32,000 nucleotides of DNA from the NCBI RefSeq assembly GCF_000015805.1, contig NC_009073.1, positions 660,001-692,000 on the forward strand, in the 5' to 3' direction. Below the pieces are notes generated by a model. The model did no database searches and was not told the origin of the DNA. It saw nothing but the letters and a program-made list of their open reading frames with translations. The translations under genes were made by a program, and so were the position numbers. Each line of letters starts with the position of its first letter. Position 1 is the stretch's first letter. Shown one piece after another: positions 1 through 8,977 of this stretch. The DNA is from Pyrobaculum calidifontis JCM 11548. Its GTDB lineage: Archaea; Thermoproteota; Thermoprotei; Thermoproteales; Thermoproteaceae.

Positions 1-1683
1 TGGCTCTACCTCCCCTCAGCCACGAAGTACACGCTGAAGACGGTCCATGGGTATAAGCCGCACATCGACTTGTTTCCGCTGTTCTCCGGGGGCTTTGGCC
101 CCTCTCTGGGGCTCGCCGAGAGGTCGTATGGGCTATACGACGTGGCCCGCCAGCTGGGCGTCCACAGAGAGCTGGGGCTCGCGGACGTGGAGCTCCTTAG
201 GATAAAGCGGCTGAGGAGCAGGCTTGCCCACCTCTCGGCGGCCGAGGCCGAGGAGTACTTAGCCACAGACGTCAAAGTCACATACCGCCTAGCCGCCAGA
301 GTAGTGCCCATCTTGGAGGGCTTGGGGGCCGCTGTGGGCGGCAACGCCATGGTGGTGGCCCAGGTGGGGGAGACCGCCTCGCCGGGCCACCTCTTCGAAT
401 TTCTAATCCACAAGGAGATGGAGCGCTTGGGCTACGTCCTCGTGGATAGGCGGAAGGAGGCTGAATACGCCGCAGGGGACAAGGTCAGGGTGAGGGCCGC
501 GGGGGTCTTCTGCAACGTGGCCGAGTACGACTTCTCGGCCATGTACCCGTCGCTGATTGTCCAAGACGGGGTGGACCCCACCTCCGTGCGGGAGTGCTCC
601 GACGGCTTCGAGGTAAAGACCACCGGCGGATCGAGGAGGGTGTGCTTTGAGGGCGGGCCTATTTGGCGTCTCCACGTGGCCGTGCTTGAGGCCAGGAGGG
701 CTGTGAAGGCGGTGGGCAAGGCGGCGGATCAAGCGGTCAAGATCCTCGCGAACTCCGGCTTCGGCATATATGGCAAAAGGGCGGGGTGGGGCGTGGTGAA
801 CGAGTGGGTGGCGGCCTACATTGTGCAAAAGACAGACGCGATTCACGCCGACCTCTGGCAACGCTACAAGCCGGTGTACGGGGACACCGACTCCCTGTAC
901 GTGCAAGTGAGAGACCCCGAGGCCTTCCTCGAGGAGATAAACGCCTACGTGGCCGACAAGTGGAGGGGGCCCTTCGGCGCGAGGCTGGGGCTCAAGCTGG
1001 AGGGGGTCTGGGACTACCTGTGGATACCCGTCACCGAGAAAGGCACCCCGGCGGAGAAGAACTACGTAAAGGTGGGGAGCGGCGAGGTGGCGGTGAGGGG
1101 GGCCGCCCTGAGGCCCCGAGGCCTGCCGGTCTTCTTGCGCTACGGCGAGTTCTACCAGTGGGCAAAGGCGCTCATCACAGGGACGGCCTCTGTGTCAGAG
1201 CTGTTGGCCAAGATGGAAGAGCTCCCGCTGGAGGACTTGTTCATAGAGGCCTCGGCGACGCTTAGGGAGGTCTTGTTCACTAGGGAGGGGAAGCCGCCCA
1301 AGGCTCTAGACGCCTCTCGCCAGCCCTGGCTGGCCCTACTTGCGGCAAGACACGCAAAGTTCACCGCCAAGTACAACAGCCGCGGCGTGGAGACGTCCCC
1401 AGACGAGGACTTAGACGCAGTGGAGAACTTGTGGTACCTCCCAGTGTCCACCAGAGGCGACGCCAAGGCCTACATACTCCTCATAGACGGCTCCCCCGTG
1501 GCCGTGGAATACACGGCGGCCATAGACCCGGTGCGCGGAAGGCTTGAGGTTAAGAGGCGCATGGCAGTGCCCATGGCCCCAGAGCAGGTGAGGAAGAGGG
1601 CGAAGGCGGTGGTGCTGAGCCACCCCCTCTTCGCGCAACTGTCCCAAAGGCCGCTGGTGGACGCACCGCGTCTCACAGGCTGA
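1..1683 (+). CDS. polB: Family-B DNA polymerase, C-terminal part (5' end lies upstream of the window)
   Basis: Frame 1 is open from base 1, so the TTG at 70 is not the real start. Motif A (SAMYPSLIV), motif B (KILANSGFGIYG) and motif C (YGDTDSLYV) are diagnostic of family-B polymerases. Confidence 0.9.
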   Translation, partial: WLYLPSATKYTLKTVHGYKPHIDLFPLFSGGFGPSLGLAERSYGLYDVARQLGVHRELGLADVELLRIKRLRSRLAHLSAAEAEEYLATDVKVTYRLAARVVPILEGLGAAVGGNAMVVAQVGETASPGHLFEFLIHKEMERLGYVLVDRRKEAEYAAGDKVRVRAAGVFCNVAEYDFSAMYPSLIVQDGVDPTSVRECSDGFEVKTTGGSRRVCFEGGPIWRLHVAVLEARRAVKAVGKAADQAVKILANSGFGIYGKRAGWGVVNEWVAAYIVQKTDAIHADLWQRYKPVYGDTDSLYVQVRDPEAFLEEINAYVADKWRGPFGARLGLKLEGVWDYLWIPVTEKGTPAEKNYVKVGSGEVAVRGAALRPRGLPVFLRYGEFYQWAKALITGTASVSELLAKMEELPLEDLFIEASATLREVLFTREGKPPKALDASRQPWLALLAARHAKFTAKYNSRGVETSPDEDLDAVENLWYLPVSTRGDAKAYILLIDGSPVAVEYTAAIDPVRGRLEVKRRMAVPMAPEQVRKRAKAVVLSHPLFAQLSQRPLVDAPRLTG

Positions 1684-1686
1684 AGC

Positions 1687-2097
1687 CTACTCTATTAGGT
1701 CTAGGGCGTATTTCGTGATCTTCCACGGGTCCCACGTCCCCTGCGGCAGGGTGGGTCGGCCTCGGGGGACTTCCACTTTGTCCAGGGCATCTCTCGGCGC
1801 CAGCGCTGCACATATGGCCTTTTTCCGCCCGGCGGCTGAGGCGCCCAGCGCGTCTTTTATCTGGGTGCTCTGGGTTAGGAACATTAAGGCTGAGATGTTG
1901 GGGTTCCTGGCGGGGCCCTTCCAGTGGTAGGCGTAGTACATGGCCTGCGCGAGGGCCAGCCAGTGGCCCACGGCCTCGGGAGCCACGCACACCGCCACTG
2001 CGCCGTCGCCCCTCACCTCGATCTTGGCCGGCGGCTCCTCGAACTCCACCTCTTCAATTCTTAGGCAGAGGTCCCCGGCGCAGAGGCCCGGGCCCAT
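1687..2097 (-). CDS. Hypothetical protein (136 aa), 14 nt downstream of atpB on the same strand
   Basis: This ORF fills the gap between the polB stop and the atpB stop. Its composition is more protein-like than the competing R/P-rich 1673..1990 ORF. I recognise no motif. Confidence 0.5.
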   Translation of the reverse strand: MGPGLCAGDLCLRIEEVEFEEPPAKIEVRGDGAVAVCVAPEAVGHWLALAQAMYYAYHWKGPARNPNISALMFLTQSTQIKDALGASAAGRKKAICAALAPRDALDKVEVPRGRPTLPQGTWDPWKITKYALDLIE

Positions 2098-2111
2098 GAA
2101 AAGGCTGGGGC

Positions 2112-3515
2112 TTATACGGCCACGCTTTCAAATATGTGGCGCCTGTAGAACTTCTGGGTTATCTGCGGCCTGGCGTTTGTGAGCTCGTCCTCTGGCAGTA
2201 TTGAGAGGACGTCCCACCCAATGTCAAGCGTCTCCTCGAAGGACCTCCTCTCGTAGTAGCCCTGCTTTATGAACTTCTGCTCAAAGGCATCTGCGAAGCG
2301 GAGGTAGCGCCTCTCTCTCCAGCCCAAGTTGCGCTCGCCCACCAGCGTGGCCAAGTTCCTCAGCTCCAGCGCCTTGCTGTACGCGGCGATTAGGGTATTG
2401 GCCACGTCTTTGTGGTCCTCCCGCGTCTTCCCCTCGCCAATGGCGTCCTTCGCCAGGCGGGATAGAGACATGATTACGTCGAAGGGCGGGTATATGCCCT
2501 TGCCCCACATGGCTCTGCTCAACACCAGCTGGCCCTCGGTTATGTAGCCCGTGAGGTCGGGGATGGGGTGAGTAATGTCGTCGTTGGGCATGGTGAGGAT
2601 GGGGAACTGGGTGACCGAGCCCTTTTTCCCATGGGCTTTCCCAGCTCTTTCATATATTGTGGCGAGGTCGGTGTACATGTAGCCGGGGTAGCCGCGGCGG
2701 CCCGGCAACTCGCCCTTGCCAGAGGACAGCTCTCTAAGCCCCTCACAGTAGTTAGTCATGTCGGTCATCACCACTAGGACGTGGTATCCCAGTTGCCAGG
2801 CTAGGTACTCGGCAATGGTGAGGCCAACCCTCGGCGCTAGGATGCGCTCCGCCACCGGGTCCGAGGCGAGGTTTATCACAGCCACAGCCCTCCTAAGGGC
2901 GCCCGTCTTCCTAAACTCGTCCATGAAGAACAGGGCCTCCTCGGTCTTAATGCCGATGCCCACGAAGACCACTGCGAACTCCTCCCCGCTCCCCCTCACA
3001 GTGGACTGCCTAACCACCTGCGCCGCCATCATGTTGTGGGGGAGGCCCGTGCCAGAGAAGATGGGCAACTTCTGCCCCCTCACCAAGGTGTAGAGCCCAT
3101 CTATGGCGGATATGCCGGTCTCAATTGGCTCCTCGGGGTACTCCCTGGAGTACGGGTTAAGCGGCTCGCCGTTTACGTCTCTAAAGTCCTCGGGGGGAGG
3201 CAGAGGCATGTGGTCCCTCGGCTGCCCCTTCCCGTCGAGAATTCTCCCAATAAGCTGCTCAGAGACCGGGATCTTCAAAGTCTTGCCGTAGAATCTCACA
3301 GTGGAGCCCTTGCTCGGCAGGCCAAGCGTGCCGCCGAGGACTTGCGCAACGGCGTAGTCCGTGGCCACCTCAATCACCTGCACCTTGCGCGGCTCGCCGT
3401 CTGGTCCAACCACTTCGCCAATTTCGCCGTAGGAAACTCCCCTCGTCCTCTCAATGACGAGGAGGGGCCCCTTCACCTCTCTCACAGTGGAATAGCTCAC
3501 AACAGGCGTTAGCAT
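2112..3515 (-). CDS. atpB: A/V-type ATP synthase subunit B (467 aa)
   Basis: Homology begins at [20 protein letters not shown] (ATG at 3515). [22 protein letters not shown] and the surrounding sequence are typical of the archaeal B subunit. The track ORF 2112..4034 is an artefactual 5' extension that overlaps the next gene. Confidence 0.93.
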
Positions 3516-3555
3516 AAGCCGCAGAACAAATTTATTTATATAGTTTGGGGGAACC
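3516..3555. promoter_or_regulatory. Shared divergent promoter (AT-rich box aaatttatttatatag)
   Basis: This 40-bp intergenic region lies between the atpB start (3515, minus) and the dehydrogenase start (3556, plus). The TATA-like element at 3528-3543 is about 20 nt from both starts. Confidence 0.5.
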
Positions 3556-4416
3556 ATGCGCGTCGGATTCATCGGCCTGGGGATCATGGGAGGGCCAATG
3601 GCGACGCACCTCCTAAAGGCGGGCTTCCTCGCCGCCGTGTACAACAGGACGCGGGAGAAGACAAAGCCGTTTGCAGAGGCCGGGGTATACGTCGCCGAGT
3701 CCCCCGCAGACTTGGCCAAGAGAGTGGACGTGGTCATCGTCATGGTGTCAGACGCGCCCGACGTGGAACAAGTCCTCTTCGGCCCCTCCGGAGTAGTGGA
3801 GGGGGCGAGGCCGGGCCTCATAGTGGTCGACATGTCTACAAACTCGCCGGATTGGGCTAGGAAGTTCGCAGAGCGGCTCGCGCAGTACGGCATAGAGTTC
3901 CTCGACGCCCCAGTGACAGGCGGCCAAAAAGGCGCTATAGAAGGCACGCTGACGATAATGGTGGGGGGCAAGGAGGAGCTCTTCCACAGGCTACTCCCCA
4001 TATTCAAGGCGATGGGCAGAGACATCGTGTACATGGGCCCCGTGGGCTACGGCCAAGCCATGAAGCTCGTAAACCAAGTCGTAGTTGCCCTCAACACGGT
4101 GGCCATGGTAGAAGGCCTAAAGCTCGCCAAGGCCCTCGGCCTAGACATGGACAAGGTGGCGGAGGTCCTCACACGCGGCGCCGCGAGGTCTGGCGCAATA
4201 GAGCTCTACCTCCCCAAGTTGCTCAAGGGCGACCTCTCCCCCGGCTTCAAGGCAGAGCACTTGAAAAAAGACCTGGGCTACGTCTTAGAAGAGGCCCGGA
4301 AACGCGGCGTGAAGCTACCCGGCGCAGAGCTGGCCTACGAGCTGTACCGCAAGATGGTAGAAGACGGGGCCGGGAGCTTGGGAATACACGCCCTAGGCTT
4401 TTACAAATCGTCGTAA
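3556..4416 (+). CDS. NAD(P)-dependent beta-hydroxyacid dehydrogenase (3-hydroxyisobutyrate / 6-phosphogluconate dehydrogenase-like family)
   Basis: The N-terminal Rossmann motif is [16 protein letters not shown]. The length (286 aa) and the C-terminal all-helical domain are typical of the MmsB/GarR family. Confidence 0.85.
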
Positions 4417-5174
4417 AAGAGGAGCCGCTCCCCCGCCGCCCTATAAGCCGCCGCGAGGGCCTCCAACCGCCTATACTTTTCCAAAAAGTAGACGTAGGCC
4501 TTCCTAAGCTCGCCGCGGTCCACGTCGAACTTCACGTCGTACTCAATGTCGAGCAGGATGAGGCCCTCCGCCGGCGCGCTTGGCACAGCCCCAGGCCTCG
4601 GCCTTTCAAGAAGCTCTTCCACGTAGCGCCTCGACACCACGCCCCGCCCCGCCGCCAAGATAGCCCAAGCCATCTTCCTAATCTGCTTATTTCTAAAGCC
4701 CTTGCCCACGAAGTAGAGATAGACGAGGCGCCCCGCCACCTCCACCCCCACCTCATCCACCGTGGTCACAGGCGGCGTCCCCCTCTCCCCCCTGAACTGG
4801 ATAAAGGAAGAGAAGTCGTGCGTCCCCTTGAACAGCTCGGCCACCTCCCTCATGGCCTCCACGTCCTCCCCCCAGTGGGGCGCCACGTAGAGGTACCTCC
4901 TACGCCGGGCCCTCCTCGGGTTAAAGCCCTCCCCCACCTCTGCCACAGCCCACGTCCACACCCCCCTCGGCAACCTGGAGTTTATGTACCCCAGCGGCAG
5001 GCGGCTAGGCGCCAATACGGCGTTGCCCACCGCCGACACTCCGGGGTCCGTCCTACTCCCCCGGCCCAGCAGATGGCCGAAGACGCGCCTAAGCGCCGCC
5101 TCCACGGAGTTGGAGTGGCCAGTGAAGCCGTGGAAAAGCGCCCCATCGTACGCGACGCGGTAGAGATAAGGCAT
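4401..5174 (-). CDS. truA: tRNA pseudouridine synthase A
   Basis: The N-terminus YRVAYDGALFHGF and the catalytic-Asp motif GRGSRTDPGVSAVGNAV (RTDxGV) match TruA. Its 3' end overlaps the convergent dehydrogenase gene by 16 nt. Confidence 0.85.
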   Translation of the reverse strand: MPYLYRVAYDGALFHGFTGHSNSVEAALRRVFGHLLGRGSRTDPGVSAVGNAVLAPSRLPLGYINSRLPRGVWTWAVAEVGEGFNPRRARRRRYLYVAPHWGEDVEAMREVAELFKGTHDFSSFIQFRGERGTPPVTTVDEVGVEVAGRLVYLYFVGKGFRNKQIRKMAWAILAAGRGVVSRRYVEELLERPRPGAVPSAPAEGLILLDIEYDVKFDVDRGELRKAYVYFLEKYRRLEALAAAYRAAGERLLFYDDL

Positions 5175-5200
5175 AAAATGTGGGGGATGCCAGGTTTATA

Positions 5201-5893
5201 ATGCTTGTATTCCGCCGGGCTGAGGAGAGAGACGTGGCCGAGATAATCTCCTTTACGCGGAACACTTGGGAGTGGGGGGACTACGTGCCCCGAGTAATTG
5301 GGAAGTGGGTCGAGGAGGGGAGGGCCTACGTGGCGTTGATGGGAGACACCGTTGTGGCAGTGGCGGCGATGGCTATTGTGGGGAAAGCCGCCTACCTCCA
5401 GGGGCTGAGAGTTAGGCCGGAGTACAGGGGCCGGGGAGTCGGCGAGGCCTTCACCAAGTTCATGATCGAGGAGGCCAAGAGGAGGGGCGCCCAAGTGGCG
5501 ACGCTCCTAGTCGCCGAGTGGAATACCCCAAGCCACAGGCTAGTGCAAAAGGTTGGGTTCAAGGAGAGGCTCAAGATATACGGAGGCAAGGCCGCCGGCT
5601 CCGGAGAGGGGAAGTGCCTCGGGGGCCTTGAGGCCTACGAGGCCGTGGCAGAGGCCTTGGGCATGACGAGGGGCTATGCGTGCCTCCCCGACGAGCCGTG
5701 GGTCTGCACCGCCGTAACGCCGTGGGACCTCCTAAGCCGCGCCGCCCCCTGCGTCTCAGAAGGCGGCCTCTACGTGGGAAAGTTCTCCTTCGGCAAAGCA
5801 CAAGGCCCGCCGGGCGCCGACGTCACGTCGCTAAGCCCCGAGGGCTACGCCGAGAGGTACGCGGCCCACATCCTCTACGCCATAGACCTCTAA
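5201..5893 (+). CDS. GNAT-family N-acetyltransferase
   Basis: The acetyl-CoA binding motif is LRVRPEYRGRGVGEAF. I prefer the ATG at 5201 to the GTG at 5180 because an AT-rich box (cataaaat, 5172-5179) lies about 25 nt upstream of 5201. Confidence 0.8.
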   Translation: MLVFRRAEERDVAEIISFTRNTWEWGDYVPRVIGKWVEEGRAYVALMGDTVVAVAAMAIVGKAAYLQGLRVRPEYRGRGVGEAFTKFMIEEAKRRGAQVATLLVAEWNTPSHRLVQKVGFKERLKIYGGKAAGSGEGKCLGGLEAYEAVAEALGMTRGYACLPDEPWVCTAVTPWDLLSRAAPCVSEGGLYVGKFSFGKAQGPPGADVTSLSPEGYAERYAAHILYAIDL

Positions 5894-5921
5894 GCTTATA
5901 AAGCCGTCCACAGCCGCGGCC

Positions 5922-6200
5922 ATGGAGCCCCGCGCCTTCTACGACGTCACGGCGGAGGAGGACCGGGCAGAGGTTGCCCAGTTTATAAAGGCCGGCGTGT
6001 TTAACTACGCGTTGCTAATGCCGGAGGACTTCCCCAAGGGGGACCTCGAGGACGTGTTCAAGAGGGCTGGCTTCGCCCAGGTAGAGGTAGACGCCTCGCA
6101 GTGGCCCCGGCGCGTCGTGGTGAAGACAGAGAGGGGGGCCTTCCGCCTGGAGAAGGTGGAGGAGGGTGTATACAAAATCGCCAAAGAGAATACTTTTTAA
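5922..6200 (+). CDS. Hypothetical protein (92 aa)
   Basis: Clean ORF with GC-rich third codon positions. A TATA-like box (cttataaag) sits about 23 nt upstream of the ATG. Confidence 0.6.
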   Translation: MEPRAFYDVTAEEDRAEVAQFIKAGVFNYALLMPEDFPKGDLEDVFKRAGFAQVEVDASQWPRRVVVKTERGAFRLEKVEEGVYKIAKENTF

Positions 6201-6219
6201 ATACCAAGTGGAGTAGGAC

Positions 6220-6870
6220 ATGGAGTTCTACTACTGCGACTTTGACTCCATGGTGGCCGCGGTGGACAGCGTATTGGCCGACTTGGCCAAGGAGCACTTC
6301 GGCGACATGCCCAGAGGCGAGCTGGAGGCTGTGAGAGAGTTCATGCTCCGCGACTTCTTGCACTACCTCGCCACCCGGGCCGGGATATACGCCTGGGGGA
6401 AGTTCTCAGAGGACAGAGCAAGGCTGAGGCTGTGCACCTACGTGGAGAAGAACTGGGACAAGGTAGTCGACCTGGCGGCGGAGTGGTTCATGCTCTGGCG
6501 CGTTAAGTGGAACCAGCGGGTCCGCCTAGTCTTCTCAGAGGACGAGTTCAAGCGCGCCACCCAGACGGTGAAGTGGTCCACAGACCTGGACAAAGTCCTC
6601 CAGAAGATAAATCTCACAGAGCTGAGGCTCTTCGTCATCTCAAACCTAATTAGAAACGGCGAAGTGGCCGGCGTGGAGCAAATCGCCGAGTACTTAATAC
6701 GCGACGAGCTCAACGCCATGGTAGAGCGCCTAGGGCCAGAGAAGGCCATCGCGGCCTACAGGCGCGGGGAGCTTGCGGCGAGGCTCCTCGAGAGAATACG
6801 CTCGCTGAGGACCACCGCCGACCCCCTACTCCTCCTCAAATTCGACTTCACCCGCTCCAGCCCTATCTAA
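6220..6870 (+). CDS. Hypothetical protein (216 aa)
   Basis: Clean ORF with protein-like composition. The box ctttttaaatacc lies about 21 nt upstream. I recognise no motif. Confidence 0.6.
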   Translation: MEFYYCDFDSMVAAVDSVLADLAKEHFGDMPRGELEAVREFMLRDFLHYLATRAGIYAWGKFSEDRARLRLCTYVEKNWDKVVDLAAEWFMLWRVKWNQRVRLVFSEDEFKRATQTVKWSTDLDKVLQKINLTELRLFVISNLIRNGEVAGVEQIAEYLIRDELNAMVERLGPEKAIAAYRRGELAARLLERIRSLRTTADPLLLLKFDFTRSSPI

Positions 6871-7351
6871 TCAGAATCTTAGTCTCCTTGGAGAGGTAGG
6901 CCGGCTCCCTGGGCGAGACCTCCTTAACCACTACCTTGACCCACTGGCTCCGCTCTGTCTGCAAATAGCCCGTGAAGCCGGAGAAGACGGGGACGCGGTA
7001 GGCCACCATGAGGTGGACGAGGGACAACACGTCGTCTACCTCCACTGGGCTCTGGGTCTCTACGCCCAGCGCCACGGCGTCTGCCTCAAACACCCGGGGG
7101 AGCCGCTTGACTAAGACAGTCCTAAACCCGCTCACCGCCATGTAGACGTCTAGAGTTAGGTAGACGCCCGCCTTCACGTCGTCGCGGACGTCCACCACCC
7201 TCGCCGCCGAGGAGCCCATCTTGCTCTCCAGCCTCACCCCCTCGCCCACTCTCACCCCCAGGGCCTTGGCTATGTCGCTGGACAGCCACGCCCTAAACCC
7301 CACCTCCTCCACGTAGCCGTACAGCCTAGCAATGGCGTACACGGAGGCCAC
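6863..7351 (-). CDS. Hypothetical protein, possibly CDC48/VAT N-domain-like (162 aa)
   Basis: The ORF has a GTG start, and the alternating beta-rich pattern (GVRVGEGVRLE...AARVVDV...) resembles a double-psi-barrel plus beta-clam N-domain. The functional call is weak. An alternative GTG start lies at 7342. Confidence 0.55.
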   Translation of the reverse strand: MASVYAIARLYGYVEEVGFRAWLSSDIAKALGVRVGEGVRLESKMGSSAARVVDVRDDVKAGVYLTLDVYMAVSGFRTVLVKRLPRVFEADAVALGVETQSPVEVDDVLSLVHLMVAYRVPVFSGFTGYLQTERSQWVKVVVKEVSPREPAYLSKETKILIR

Positions 7352-7377
7352 TTTTAATAAAGTTATATATCTTCACC

Positions 7378-8133
7378 GTGCTCTACATAGTGGGGATAGG
7401 CCCCGGCCCCGGCTACGCCACAGAGAGGGCCATCCGCGCAATTGAGGAAGCCGACTGCGTATTCTACGAAGACTACACAGGCCCCATCGACGTGGAGACC
7501 CTCCGCAGAGCCGCCAAGACGCCCCCCATCCGCCTCACCAGGCGGGACCTCGAAGACGAGTCCGGGAGGAAGGTGCTGGAGTGCCTGAGAGAGGGGAAGA
7601 GGGCCGTGTTAGCCACCGCGGGGGATCCCATGCTCGCCACTGCCCACGCCGCGCTCATCGCCGCCGCAAGGGCCAGGGGGCACCCCGTGGAGGTTGTGCC
7701 AGGCGTGTCGATAATATGCGCCGCCTTCTCGGCGGCGTGTCTCTCCATATACAAGCTCGGGGGAGTGGCCACGGTGACGTACCCCCGAGGCGGCGTATAT
7801 TCCACAAGGCCCTACGAGCTCGCCGAGGCGAACCTGGCCAGGGGGCTCCACACGCTCCTCCTACTCGACGTGAGAGAAGACGGCTCCTTCATGCCGCCGA
7901 GAGACGCCGCAGAGGTGCTAATGGCGCTGGAGGAGAGGGAGAGGCGCGGAGTGTTCACCCCCCAGAGGCCGGCCGTGGTAGTGCACAGGCTGGGCTGGGG
8001 AGGCGGGGTCGTGGTGGGCCCCCTAGGCGCCGTGGCCAAGTGGGACGGGGAGGGCCCCGCCGTGTTGATAATACCCGCACAGCTGGGGCCCGTGGAGAAG
8101 GAGTGCCTAGAGGCGGTGGCCCAGAGGATTTAG
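7378..8133 (+). CDS. dphB: Diphthine synthase (tetrapyrrole-methylase fold)
   Basis: The N-terminus MLYIVGIGPGPG...VFYEDYTGP and the ~250 aa length are typical of archaeal Dph5/DphB. The start codon is GTG. Confidence 0.85.
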   Translation: MLYIVGIGPGPGYATERAIRAIEEADCVFYEDYTGPIDVETLRRAAKTPPIRLTRRDLEDESGRKVLECLREGKRAVLATAGDPMLATAHAALIAAARARGHPVEVVPGVSIICAAFSAACLSIYKLGGVATVTYPRGGVYSTRPYELAEANLARGLHTLLLLDVREDGSFMPPRDAAEVLMALEERERRGVFTPQRPAVVVHRLGWGGGVVVGPLGAVAKWDGEGPAVLIIPAQLGPVEKECLEAVAQRI

Positions 8134-8348
8134 ATAGACGACGAGCTGAGAGGGGGGTTGAGAAAACACGCTTTATAACCATCGCCAAGGCTCTGCGTAG
8201 CAGGGCTTGGCGCGAGCAGGTTATTGAGAGCGTAGGTTTGCTCCCCGGGCCGAAGTTGGAGGACGCCTACACAGTCGCCTGGGAGTAGAGTGTCGGGTCG
8301 GCGGAGAAAAGTTTATCTAACTACACAAAGAGTTTACTAGAAAGAGGG

Positions 8349-8410
8349 GGAGGGTCAGCTAGCCTGGGTTCGGGCAGAAGTCCCCTCCCAAGACGTTCAT
8401 CATCCCCTCC
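8349..8410 (-). ncRNA. Candidate C/D-box-like (K-turn) small RNA
   Basis: The minus strand reads GGAGGGG-AUGAUGA-N38-CUGA-CCCUCC. This gives a perfect C box and D box closed by a 6-bp terminal stem, about 62 nt in total. Internal C'/D' boxes are not recognisable. Confidence 0.3.
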
Positions 8411-8537
8411 CCCAATGAGTCTCCCTATAGGAGATACAAGAGCAGTCACTTTGCTCTGCCCTTCCTCTCTCCAGAGATTTCAACAATCTTCCCTGGATTA
8501 GAGCACAGTTGCATGCCGCCATGTAGTAGAAGTCAGC

Positions 8538-8918
8538 TTAAAGCAAGTGTAGACGGTGTGGAAGTGAGAAGTCGCCGCAACATACGTCTTCATAAGCACA
8601 ACAGTAGCCAGTGGGCAGAGAAACACACCTCGCGGATTTCCAGCAGAGGTAATGCCCGGAGCCGTTGAACGTGTACAGCGCTGGCGGGATGCGTATGTAC
8701 GTACTCCGGTTTCCGAAGAGGGCGTACACTGCTATGTTCACCGTAAAACAGGGCGGGGCTGGAGATCGGCGGGCGGAAAGCGCGCCAAGTGGCAGTGACA
8801 ATCCACGGCGAAGTTGCTCCCACAATCGCCGAAGCCATAAACGCCGTGTACTGTAAGAAAGGTGTAGAGAGGAGGTGAGACAAAGGGAAGACGGCACGCT
8901 GTACACCCGTCTCACCAT
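8538..8918 (-). pseudogene. Possible decayed, frameshifted Cys-rich repeat protein gene
   Basis: Two minus-strand frames each carry a PP(A)LYTF motif followed by a Cys-rich segment: SPPLYTFLTVHGVYGFGDCGSNFAVDCHCH in 8741-8911, and IPPALYTFNGSGHYLCW...GYCCAYEDVCCGDF in 8541-8744. They are joined only by a 1-nt frame change near 8740, and the first frame has no usable start. Confidence 0.25.
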
Positions 8919-8977
8919 ATAGAGCTATGGCTGTTGGGCTTAGGATAGTGGATTTAAGTAGTTGCCCCCGTTGATGC

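Noticed and set aside
3516-4034. The 5' extension of the 640-aa ORF containing atpB (track ORF 2112..4034).
   Set aside because: Homology to ATPase subunit B starts only at the ATG at 3515. The extension is low-complexity (S/T/P/A-rich). It runs through a TATA-box region and is antisense to a well-supported dehydrogenase gene.
7581-8288. A 235-aa plus-strand ORF overlapping dphB out of frame and running into the gene-free region.
   Set aside because: It is an R/G-rich low-complexity translation. The dphB frame has clear family motifs.
8134-8977. The possibility that the gene-free region encodes RNase P RNA or SRP (7S) RNA.
   Set aside because: I looked for conserved cores: the P4 strands GGAAAGUCC / ACAGAA..GGCUUA, and the SRP helix-8 GGAA-tetraloop region. 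I found only a loose resemblance (gcagaagtcccc) and no complementary partner strand. A covariance-model scan would be needed to exclude it fully.
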